Assembly: GCA_051294905.1 (NCBI GenBank)
Contig: CM119383.1
Coordinates: 10,354,001 to 10,418,000 of the forward strand
DNA length: 64,000 nt
Reading direction: 5' to 3'
DNA from: Botryllus schlosseri
Taxonomy: Eukaryota
A program made the position numbers and the translations under genes. Below the pieces are notes generated by a model that made no database searches, had not been told where the DNA came from, and was given only the letters and a program-made list of their open reading frames with translations. Below are positions 1 through 10,856 of the stretch, in pieces (the first letter of the stretch is position 1; every line of letters begins with the position of its first letter).

Positions 1-1649
1 ATTGCCGATTACACGAGTTCAGGGGTACCCGACTCAATGTCGATTTTAACATCTAATAGCCAAAGAAGGAAGGACTTCTTACACTTTTGTGAATAGAAGG
101 CGTCCTAAATAATACATACCAATTCATTTCTAACTTCGGCACCTATCCGGAGAAGAGAACCATCGAACTATATTTAGCGAAAAATTACGCCTGAAATTGC
201 CTATTACACGAGTTCAGGTGTACCAGACTCGATGTCGATTTTAACATCTAATAGCCAAAGAAGGAAGGACTTCTTACCCTTTTATGCAGAGAAGGGGTCC
301 TAAGTATGTCATAACAATTCGTTTCAAACTTCGGCACGTATCCGGAGAAGAGAACTATCTAATTATATTTATTAGAAAATTACGCCTGAAATTGCCGATT
401 ACACGAGTTCAGGGGTACCCGACTCAATGTCGATTTTAACATCTAATAGCCAAAGAAGGAACGACTTCTTACCCTTTTGTGAATAGAAGGCGTCCTAAAT
501 AAAACATAAAAAGTCGTTTCAAACTTCGGCACGTATCCGGAGAAGGGAACTATCTAATTATATTTATTAGAAAATTACGCCTGAAATTGCCTATTACACG
601 AGTTCAGGTGTACCAGACTCGATGTCGATTTTAACATCTAATAGCCAAAGAAGGAAGGACTTCTTACCCTTTTATGCAGAGAAGGGGTCCTAAGTATGTC
701 ATAACAATTCGTTTCAAACTTCGGCACGTATCCGGAGAAGAGAACTATCTAATTATATTTATTAGAAAATTACGCCTGAAATTGCCGATTACACGAGTTC
801 AGGTGCACCAGACTCGATGTCGATTTTAACATCTAATAGCCAAAGAAGGAAGGACTTCTTACCCTTTTGTGAATAGAAGGCGTCCTAAATAAAACATAAA
901 AAGTCGTTTCAAACTTCGGCACCTATCCGGAGAAGAGAACCATCGAATTATATTTATTAGAAAATTACGCCTGAAATTGCCTATTACACGAGTTCAGGTG
1001 TACCAGACTCAATGTCGATTTTAACATCTAATAGCCAAAGAAGGAAGGACTTCTTACACTTTTGTGAGTAGAAGGCGTCCTAAATAATACATAAAAAGTC
1101 GTTTCAAACTTCGGCACCTATCCGGAGAAAAGAACAATCGAATTATATTTATTAGAAAATTACGCCTGAAATTGCCTATTACACGAGTTCAGGGGTACCA
1201 GACTCAATGTCGATTTTAACATCTAATAGCCAAAGAAGGAAGGACTTCTTACCCTTTTGTGAATAGAAGGCGTCCTAAATAATACATACCAATTCATTTC
1301 TAACTTCGGCACCTATCCGGAGTAGAGAACCATCGAACTATATTTAGTGAAAAATTACGCCTGAAATTGCCTATTACACGAGTTCAGGTGTACCAGACTC
1401 GATGTCGATTTTAACATCTAATAGCCAAAGAAGGAAGGACTTCTTACCCTTTTGTGAATAGAAGGCGTCCTAAATAATACATACCAATTCATTTCTAACT
1501 TCGGCACCTATCCGGAGTAGAGAACCATCGAACTATATTTAGTGAAAAATTACGCCTGAAATTGCCTATTACACGAGTTCAGGTGTACCAGACTCGATGT
1601 CGATTTTAACATCTAATAGCCAAAGAAGGAAGGACTTCTTACTCTGTTA
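1..1649 (+). repeat. 195-bp tandem repeat array, homogeneous core of left arm (~8.4 units)
   Basis: Unit start ATTGCC(G/T)ATTACACGAGTTCAGG recurs at 1, 196, 391, 586, 781, 976, 1171, 1366, 1561. Confidence 0.97.
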
Positions 1650-2599
1650 CAGTGTTGGGATGACTCGAGTCATGACTTGACTCGAGTCAGACTCGAGTCA
1701 ACTTTTCGCATGACTTGACTTGACTCGAGTCACTTTGCAAAAATGACTTGACTTGACTTGACTCGGCTCTTCAGAAATGTGGATTGACTCGTGACTCGGA
1801 GAAAAATTTACGAGTCAATTTCAAGTCATCTAGTAAACGGTGTCAATTAAATCGCTCCATCTCTTTGATGTTCGGATTGTTCGCGATACGCCGGCGTGAC
1901 TTGTGAGAGCAACCGGTCATTCACAGATTGTACTTTCACTGATCCTCCATTGCTGCATCACAAATATATTGACCGAAAACGAAATGATCACAGCTTACGT
2001 TTATGTACTAGCTGTAGAATAATCTAATAACTACGTATCTCTGTTTGTTAGACGGCTCAGTGCTTACATCGCGAAGTGCCCAGCTTAGCCAACCATCTAG
2101 TATGATTTGAATCGAACCAATATAGTTTATGCGTTTATAATCTCACGGATGTGTTGATGGGTAGTGCATTGTACCATATCAATTTGTTTCAACTTCTCGG
2201 CGCTTCGTATTCGATCCTCCATTTTGGCTCACGTATTTTATTAGCAGCTCTAAGAGTTCGTGAGTGATACAACGCCTTTTTGCAGGTATATTTAACTTGA
2301 TACTCGTTATTTGATTCAAGAGATATCACCAACCAATCTGTCATTCACACAGCTAGCAAAATGTAATGACTTTGAATCATCACTCGTACTTCGAAAATTC
2401 AATTTGACTTGAATTGTGACTTGACTCGTGACTTGACTTGACTTGACTCGACTTGACTCGAGTCACCTCCAAAAAACGAGTGACTTGACTTGACTCGAGT
2501 CACCTTCGAAAATCGATTGACTTGACTTGACTCGAGTCAAAATGTGCAATGACTCGAGATGACTCGTGACTCGAAGGTAGTGACTTGATCCCAACACTG
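1650..2599. mobile_element. hAT-type MITE with GACTCGAGTC/GACTTGACT subterminal repeats
   Basis: TIRs CAGTGTTGGGAT / ATCCCAACACTG. 8-bp TSD CTCTGTTA at 1642-1649 and 2600-2607. Empty site present in the right arm at ~13315. Confidence 0.93.
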
Positions 2600-3800
2600 C
2601 TCTGTTATGAATGGAATGGGTCCTAAATAACATGTTGAAGGCCGTATCAAACTTCGAAAGATGCCTGCAGCTGAGAACGAACGAAATATAGCCTATATTG
2701 CCTCATATTGTGTCGGAAATTGCCGAATACTCCATTTCACATTTACCAGACTTGACGTCGTTTTTAAGATATAATCGCTAAAGAAGGAGATACTTCTTGC
2801 CCTGTTATGAATAGAATGGGTCTTAAATAACATGTTAAAGGCCGTTTCAAACTTCGGAAGATGCTTGGAGCTGAGAACCATCGAAATATATCGCGGGGGA
2901 CATAGCGTAGTGGTGACGATAAGCGCCTACCAATCTGGGGACCCGTCGGAGGTTTATCTGGGCCCCTCTTCCCCGCTGTCACCGTTATTACGGCGAAAAA
3001 AGCCTCGACGAAAGAAGTCACTCACAAGGAATGCGCAAGAACTAGAAGAATGCGCCACGACTTCAAAAAAAAGATCAACATCAAAGAGAACTGTGACATC
3101 GGGCACTCTAGGCCGAGGTGGATGTGAAATTAAAAGGATCACAACCGCGTGTAGTTCGACATCCTCCTATCTGTTCATTACATGGCATTGTGTCTTATCG
3201 CATTGTACATTGTGTGTGGTTGTTCAGTTGAAAAATATAAGTCAATGATTATATATATAGCCGCATATAACGTCGGAAATTCCCTAATGCACGAATTCAG
3301 ATTTGTCGGACTTGATGTCGTTTTTAACATATCACAGTCAAAGAAAGAAGAACTTCTTACCTTGCTATGAATAGAAATGTACTTAAATATCACTTACAAA
3401 GTCATATTAATCTTTGGAAACCTTTCCGTAGATGAGAAATATCAAGATATATGTAGCTGCAAATTACATCTGAAATTGCTGAGTACCCGAATCCAGATGT
3501 GGTAGGGGGAACTTTTCACCCTTATATGAATAGAAGGGGTCCCTAATAACATTTAAAAATCACTTTCAAACTTCGGAACCATCTTGGAGATCAGAACCAT
3601 CGAAATATATCCAAGCGTAAATTATGTAGGTAATTGCCTAATACGGGAATTCAGATGTGCCACACGCGATGGCGATTTTCACCTTTAATAGAATTGGTAG
3701 GAAGAACGTTTTCGCCATATATGAATAAAAGGGGTCCCAAAGAACATTTAAAAACAGTTTCAAACTTCGCAACCTTTCCGGAGGACCACTCCCCATTTAT
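2600..3800 (+). repeat. Diverged 195-bp units, inner part of left arm (interrupted at 2892-3250)
   Basis: 2600-2891 is the near reverse complement of ~13040-13325. 3251-3800 contains progressively decayed units (CAAACTTCGGAA, ACCATCGAAATATAT motifs). Confidence 0.85.
2892..3250 (+). mobile_element. Putative tRNA-derived SINE inserted in an AT run of a repeat unit
   Basis: Head GGGGACATAGCGTAGTGGT (A-box-like), CTACCAA loop, GGACCC and a decayed B-box. Flanked by ATATAT on both sides and absent from the right arm. Confidence 0.4.
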
Positions 3801-3882
3801 TGATCGAGGTAGTATACTAAGTCTAAAACTGGTTTCAGACGTCGGATCTTATTTCTGGATCTGGTAACAATCAGCAATCATC

Positions 3883-4514
3883 TTGATAACGTCCGTGGTG
3901 CACAAGGCCGGAAACGGCGGCACGGATATAATCGTCAAACTAAAAAAGAAAAGAGAATGCTTATTCATTGAACTGGCTGTCCCAGCTGATCACAACCTAC
4001 TGCAAAAAGAATCAGAAAAATACTCCAAATACGCAGACCTCAAAATGGAATGTGAGAAAATGTGGCGATGCAAAATAAACATTGTACCGATAGTCATTGG
4101 TGCTACAGGGGTCGTGAGCAAAAAACTCACGAGGCATATCCAACAAATTCCGGGTAACGTTCGATTCGACATGATCCAGAAAATCACATTATTGGGCACT
4201 GTGCACATTCTTCGGAAGGCCTTGAATGCACCACTGGACTGAAATTACACTTGTGAATCACAGCATAATTTCTGTAATTTCGATTCTTCATCTTCAATCA
4301 TCTCTACCTCTGCTCTGTAACCCTTGCCAATTCTTCATCTGCTGCAATTCTGTAATCTGACTTCTCCGTGTATTGCATAGGAATAACAATTTGAATGTAT
4401 AACTGAAATTTTAAAAATTTACTCCAATCTCGCCATTTTCCTTTGGGGGCAGGTTGCTCCCCGGATTATGTGTGTATCTACCAGTTTTACTGTGAATAAA
4501 GAATATAATAATAA
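3883..4514 (+). mobile_element. 5'-truncated R4/Dong-like non-LTR retrotransposon (C-terminal restriction-like endonuclease region plus 3' UTR)
   Basis: ORF 3883-4242 has DIIV..IELAVP.D.N...KESEKYSKY.DL..E...MW...IVPIVIGATG...IQK..LLGT.HILR, the REL-domain tail of site-specific LINEs. 3' UTR ends in TAATAATAA. Confidence 0.8.
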
Positions 4515-5023
4515 GAAGAATCAGAAAAATACTCCAAATACGCAGACCTCAAAATGGAATGTGAGAAAATGTGGCGATGCAAAATAAACATTGTACCGAT
4601 AGTCATTGGTGCTACAGGGGTCGTGAGCAAAAAACTCATGAGGCATATCCAACAAATTCCGGGTAACGTTCGATTCGACATGATCCAGAAAATCACATTA
4701 TTGGGCACTGTGCACATTCTTCGGAAGGCCTTGAATGCACCACTGGACTAAAATTACACTTGTGAATCACAGCATAATTTCTGTAATTTCGATTCTTCAT
4801 CTTCAATCATCTCTACCTCTGCTCTGTAACCCTTGCCAATTCTTCATATGCTGCAATTCTGTAATCTGACTTCTCCGTGTATTGCATAGGAATAACAATT
4901 TGAATGTATTACTGAAATTTTAAAAATTTACTCCAATCTCGCCATTTTCCTTTGGGGGCAGGTTGCTCCCCGGATTATGTGTGTATCTACCAGTTTTACT
5001 GTGAATAAAGAATATAATAATAA
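4515..5023 (+). mobile_element. Second, more truncated tandem copy of the same R4/Dong-like element
   Basis: Matches 4006-4514 with only ~4 differences seen by eye. Ends in TAATAATAA. TCAGCAATCATC flanks the pair (3871-3882 and 5027-5038) as a candidate TSD. Confidence 0.85.
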
Positions 5024-5158
5024 TTCTCAGCAATCATCATACATATCGATACAGCAGGTATAAGTCACCAGTTAAAGATGCAACGAATTTAATATGTACA
5101 TTGTAGCAAAAGAAACATGAATTATTTTTAAAAGCCTCATGAGATTTCCAGTCGTCAC

Positions 5159-8100
5159 TCATGGCTGACAAATAGGACAGAATATATTCCCATTAACTGT
5201 GTCCCTTGCGCATGTCGCGTGATATTTCCGGTTGCATCCTTGGCACATCTCCTGTCAAACATTTTATGGTATATAGAAATGGTCTTTGTATCGCAGAGGT
5301 ATATTTCAGATATATTGATGATATGTTTTTAATTAATATTGTCATAATTGGAGTAAATAATGGAAGACTCATACCCAGGATGAATCAAGCGTTGATGCGT
5401 CAGCACAAAAGCTGCAGATATCGGCGATCGGATCTGAATGTGGAATGCATAAGATTCGTTAGCATAGATATATTACTCGCAAAACAAAACAAGAAAATAT
5501 GACCCTGTAACAATCGAAGAAACCGATTAACTACGTATGATGTTGGTCGATATAGAACTACTGTTTCCATCTATCTAATTCGATATAGATGTCCTTACCT
5601 GATTCGTCTAATATTTGCCTTGCGATTTCGTGCCGAAATCTCCGAAGGTCAGTCTCTTCATTCGGAATACTTGCCAATGATAAAGCTGTGCTTCCCAAAA
5701 CTTGTTCTGCAAACTTTTGAAAATCTGATCTATGACGGGCACTTCGTAAAATGAAATCTCAACTTTTTTACCTTCAAGACATACACGCCACAGTTGTAAC
5801 CATCTTGCTGAATGGAATGATCGTACATTCTGATACTCCATTGCTTGGACGTCATGGATTGGCAATCGACCGATTCGCTCCTGATTTGCAGATACCTCCT
5901 AAAAATGAATGTGGTACTCTTATGTACAATTGATATGATAGGCATGACTAAGTAAAATAATCTTACTTGAATTTCCCTGCCGCAGCTACGGTGCTTTTTT
6001 TCGTACTTCCGAGTGGATTTAGTAATGAAATTTCGGCATCTGATATATTAATTAGCTGTACATACATAAATGCGCTTTATTGGAATTGCCGAACGATCAT
6101 ATGCAATTCGAAATTCGTGACCAACCAGCAGCATCCAGTGTTGGAACTTATTCACTGCAGCAATGATCTTTTCGTAGTGATCGAATTTCACCTATTAATA
6201 TATGTAGATGATTGCAAAGTGCTTTCAGTGTACAATGCTCCGTGCATTTCGATAGCATCGTTATCGTTATCGTGCGTACAAGATCACAACGATATCATTG
6301 TATATTGGCGTACTGATAATCATCATCATAGATTTATTTATTTAAATAATAGGGATGTGTGTGTATTGTGTACCTTTCGCAATGATTGCCTTCGGATTAG
6401 CTCTTCATCCGAGCTGAAAATGATATGAGTCGCTACATTGCAATCCAGCACATATGTTTTCGAGTCAGCCAGCATATGCAGATAGTAATCAATGACCTGC
6501 GTTGTAAATAATCACCATACGAGTTCGAATTGAAGTAATAACTGCTCTTAGTTCTAGGTACATTCAATAGTCAATTACATTAATACGACTTACTTCACCG
6601 CTCAACCATTTGTCTGGACGCAAGGTTCCCAAATCTCCCGTGAAGAGCGTAGTTGAGGAAATATATGCAGCTACCATTTCAACTTCATTTCCTTTCGTCC
6701 AAAGTAATTCTAGTTCCTAGGGTTATAAAGTATATTGTACAAAAGTTAACTAAAATACCACGACGAACTTACTTCATTTTTTCCTTTGCCGATCTTTCTA
6801 CAAGGCTCGTTGTCGAATTTCAATGTTTTTGATAGTTCTCCGGAGGTAAAGCAGCCAGTCTGCCTTCTTTTCCTTTTTTTGAAAGTCGACTTGACCAATT
6901 GTTGTGTTTCCTTCGACAGTTTTGTTTTCCTTCTTCTTTTGAAACCGCGATGTAATAAACTATCCGCGAATATTTTAGATGACGTGACGATTTCTTTGTG
7001 GTATTTCAAAATGAATTTGTCAATTTTGCTACATCTTGTATTGTCCAAATATATGTTTTTCAGTTCATAAAAATGCTGCTCTATAATACCCTGTGTGCGG
7101 TTACAATCACAAATTGATTGCAAATTATTTTTCATACTTGCAGAGCGAATTTTTTCAAATTCCCTGCCGAATCTTTGATAGACAGCATTTGGGAAATCAG
7201 TTCCTGTGGCGTGGCGATCAAGATTGCCGAGTAAAAGTCCAGATGTAGCACCAAGTCTTGGAAATATTACGTTTTCAATTTTGGTAAAAAATGACTCTGA
7301 AAAATATTTGTTGGTTGTTGGCCATAGTCCGGGGTCATTTCCTTCTTGATAAGTTATAGATTTTTTAAATAATTCAAGTTTGTTTTTGTACCTCAGATAA
7401 AACGGAGATTTGTATTCTTGACTCTTGTCGTGTATAATAAAATTCGCGAATATGTCATCGTCCTTTTGATACTCATAAAACTGATCCGGTAAATTTTTGA
7501 GGCTTTCATTTTTATTCATATGAGATTGTAGCGCTTTGAAACTTTTTTCAACCTGGGGTGAATTTTGTCTCAGTAATAGCACAACAAATAAGTGGCTAAT
7601 AATGTGATCCATTTCATGAATAGTTGAGGCTAGGAATACCATTGCCATCCAATGCATAGCATCGCGGTAGTACTTCTTAATGTAATATCTTTTGCACATA
7701 GTAGACGCGGCCTTCATGCAGTGGCTCAGGCAGTTAACAATTAGTGTTAAACTCAAGTCACTACCCGACGCTTCACCCGTTACTATCCGGTACACGCGAT
7801 GATAATATTGGAGTCTGGTCTCACTGCAAAAGACGGAGAGAAAAGCGTTCCACAGGGCGACAGCACCATCAAGTATTACCAATCTCGGCACCAACTTCGT
7901 CGAGCATGCATCTCTAAAACACCCGAGAAAATATTTTATGCTCTCGGTCGTATGGCACGTTGTAACATAGCTTGCTACCGGTATTCCTGGCAGATCTTTG
8001 TAAGGACTTCGGACCAAAATCGAATATATCTGAAAAGCCTTTCCTCCGTCCGACCGAATAATTGTCCCAGTTGAATCAAAATACAAAATGTCTTTCTGGC

Positions 8101-9865
8101 ACAAATCTTTGAATAATTCCAATTGAAATGTAGAGAATAATGTCACGCTTAAAGGGCAACCCTGCCAGCCTCTAATGAAATGTGTGCCATCTTGCTCAAA
8201 TATTTTTCTCAGTAACTCAATGTTTTGAAAAACATCGGAGGTCCAGCCACAAGGCAGACCAAACTTTGATTTTATTTTTCTTAAGACATCCAATGACGGA
8301 GCGTATGTATGGGCTCCGGAAATCCGTTCTCTTTCGGTTTGGGCAACCCGGAGCTCTCTATGCAGCTTAGACGGTTTTTTGCAGCTTAAATCCTTGCCAA
8401 GACCTTCACTGTCCGGCCCCCTCATCGGTCTCGATCGTTTACACCTGGTATGTATTCGGCGTCCAGCAAGTTCCAGGTTACATGTTATTCCAGTTCCTTG
8501 ACGCAAAAACAGGATTTTGCCTTCCACGGTGCAATTACAGCATGTATGATGAGCACAGCGAAATACAACGTATCCTTCGTTGTAATTTTCAGGCGGATTA
8601 ATCATTTGATTTTTCAAGTATTGATTCTTTACCACGGGCACACAACGGTCATAGTATTGTGTCACTTTTTTGAAAATTGGAATGTAATAATACGAATTTT
8701 TGTTAAATCTGTTTTTCAATCTGTTTTTCGTCAATTTCGCCCAATCATTTAATTCGAAAGTCCAAGTGCCGGATATTGCAACTTCATCTTCGTTAGTATT
8801 AAAAACATCCTCTCCCGCAAAGCAGCCCAACCCAACAATCGTCTCCTGCCGTATCCAATCCTCGGATTCGGGAGTAGCGGGGACGAGCTCAATACCGTTC
8901 TCAGCAGTGGAACTATCAACGCCGGCACGATCCGAAAGTGGACTACAATCCAATAGATTTGGTGGAGTTAACGAAGGATTGGTGGACTCGGCTTCCACGA
9001 AGGGATGGTGAAACAGATCAACGTCGAATCGAGGATCCGACAGAGGATTAATATCCAATGGATTAGATGGCGTTTTGGAATAAGGATTGCTGTCATCTCC
9101 TCCTTCCACTCGAGGATGGTAAAATGAATGATCGAAGGTCGCATGAAAATCCTTGGTACCTTCGCACACGAAATGACATCGTTCCCATTGAGTCACACCA
9201 AAGCTCATCTCCAAGCTTTGACGGTGGAATATGCATCTAGGATGAAACCACTCGGAACATATGTCACAGCCCACCATAAATTCACTTTCGATATACGGTG
9301 TCTTACAAATGCAATAGCGATTTCCAATTGCGTCAGGCGATTGAGTAGAACAAGATAACATCCCAGCGCTTGTGCCATTACTATCGGGCATAATGGTTGC
9401 CGGATCTACGTGCGCAGAGCTATTGTAGGGATCAGAAAGAGCTTCCACATCGACTGCCTTGGCCACTTCACACGTTTGTTCCATTTGGAGGAATCTTGCT
9501 GGGTCTTTAGCGAACAACCAAGCAAATTTTTTCATTTGTTCATTGGATGTGCTTAAATGATTGGCCTTTGCATATTTGAATATAAGTTCTGACTTTCCAC
9601 TGGTAGGGAAGTAATTTCGCAATTTTGAATTCAAATACTCCTGATGGCGATTCAGGAAAGATGCCAGTTTCGATTTCCTATCCTTCAATTTCCCCCACCT
9701 TTTCGTTTTAGCCAAAAAATTATCCGTGTCTCTTTTACCAAAATCGCATTCCTTTAGTCCTCTTTCTTTGCAATATTCGAGTAATTCATTACAAATTCCA
9801 TCTTCCCAAGATCCTCTGCGCGGTGGCTTAATACTCTGAGGCATTTTCAAGTCAGATTCCTCCAT
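5159..9865 (-). CDS. MULE/NOF-like transposase fused to PHD finger, Ulp1 (peptidase C48) domain and C-terminal PHD finger; 9 exons, ~1295 aa
   Basis: Exons (minus): 9865-6773, 6716-6594, 6496-6374, 6191-6126, 6055-5967, 5898-5772, 5713-5599, 5433-5375, 5251-5159; all introns GT-AG and in frame. Motifs: YCICKTPY..FMVGCDICSEWFHPRC; LYFDSTG, VILDGAVALWNAF, CLSH, RTQGIIEQHF (DDE + CxxH); DLGTLRPDKWLSGEVIDYYL, AVNKFQHWMLL, QQDGYNCGVYVLKFAE; ICSFC..WEMCQGCNRKYHATC..FCPIC. True start may lie in an upstream exon (acceptor TTACAG at 9868). Confidence 0.88.
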
Positions 9866-9922
9866 TCCTGTAAACGCATAATTTATAAATATGTATTTCC
9901 ATGCGTTCATTTATACAGTATA

Positions 9923-10090
9923 CAGAGGTGGTCAAAGTAGTCAAGAAATCTACTCAAGTAGAAGTAGAAGTAACGACGAAAAAATCTACTCAAGTACGAG
10001 TAGAAGTACTTCTTCCATGAGCAAACTAAAACTACTTGAAGTAGAAGTAGAATTGACTGACTTTAAAAGTACTCAAGTAAGTAAGTAGTT
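9923..10090 (+). mobile_element. End of a hAT-like MITE (CAGAGGTGG terminus, TACTCAAGTA/GTAGAAGTA subterminal repeats)
   Basis: CAGAGGTGGTCAAAGTAG start with repeated TACTCAAGTA. The complementary terminus (ACCACCTCTG) occurs at ~56280. No TSD resolved. Confidence 0.5.
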
Positions 10091-10719
10091 CTGAAAACGA
10101 TCCTAATTCGTTCACATGGATCGTAAAAAGGTGCAAATTAAGCTATGCGAAAAGTGCCTATGTTGATTGATATTGATGCATACCAGCAGGTCTCCAATTT
10201 TCGATAGCATGTAAGCATTCGTTCACATCATGGGTTGAAAATGATAGTATTGGTATGGAAATGCGATACTAATTCTCTGTTTACTCAAACAGCACGTTTT
10301 AGAAAATATCATGGTACTGCGCACTCTCCCATATCATAAGGCATGTAGTTTAGTCGAAGAGCAATACGAAGATGTTGTGTTGGATACGGTGTAAACGCTT
10401 TGTGCGATTAGTAAACGTTAATAAAAATATGGTGGACCGTAAGCTATATTGTGTAGCTCTATATCTGGAAATTGAAGACATTACTACACTTGTTTTGATG
10501 CTTCAACATGTACGTCATCCAGACAAAAGAACGATACCCGGACCGAAACGGAACCTGCTCAGGTCCCCAAATGTCGTTACTGAGCGCCCATAGGATATTG
10601 AACACAATTCTGAGGCGCGAAGCCCCCAGACCCCTTTATCATACGGGCCATTGCCCAGTTCGCGACGAATCAGACTTGCGCAAACTACGAATTTAGTTAG
10701 TTGATGGTCAACTAACTGA

Positions 10720-10856
10720 CAATTTTGAGTAGTTCTGGTTCTAGTTGCGGATTTTGAAAATTGGATAGTTGTAGTTTTGCTAGTTTTAAAAATTGAGTAG
10801 TTCCAGTTCTAATCCTAGTTGCGCTTTTTAAAAATCCAGTAGTTTGTTCAAGTCTG
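10720..10856 (-). mobile_element. MITE end fragment with TAGTT/CTAGTTGCG subterminal repeats
   Basis: Repeated GAGTAGTTC/CTAGTTGCG motifs ending GTTCAAGTCTG. Partner end and TSD not found. Confidence 0.35.

Noticed and set aside
2896-2970. Functional tRNA gene
   Set aside because: Anticodon and T arms do not pair properly and the B-box is decayed; treated as a SINE head.
5967-6428. Plus-strand ORFs 5206-5502, 5751-5933 and 5967-6428
   Set aside because: Antisense shadows of the spliced Ulp1/PHD exons.
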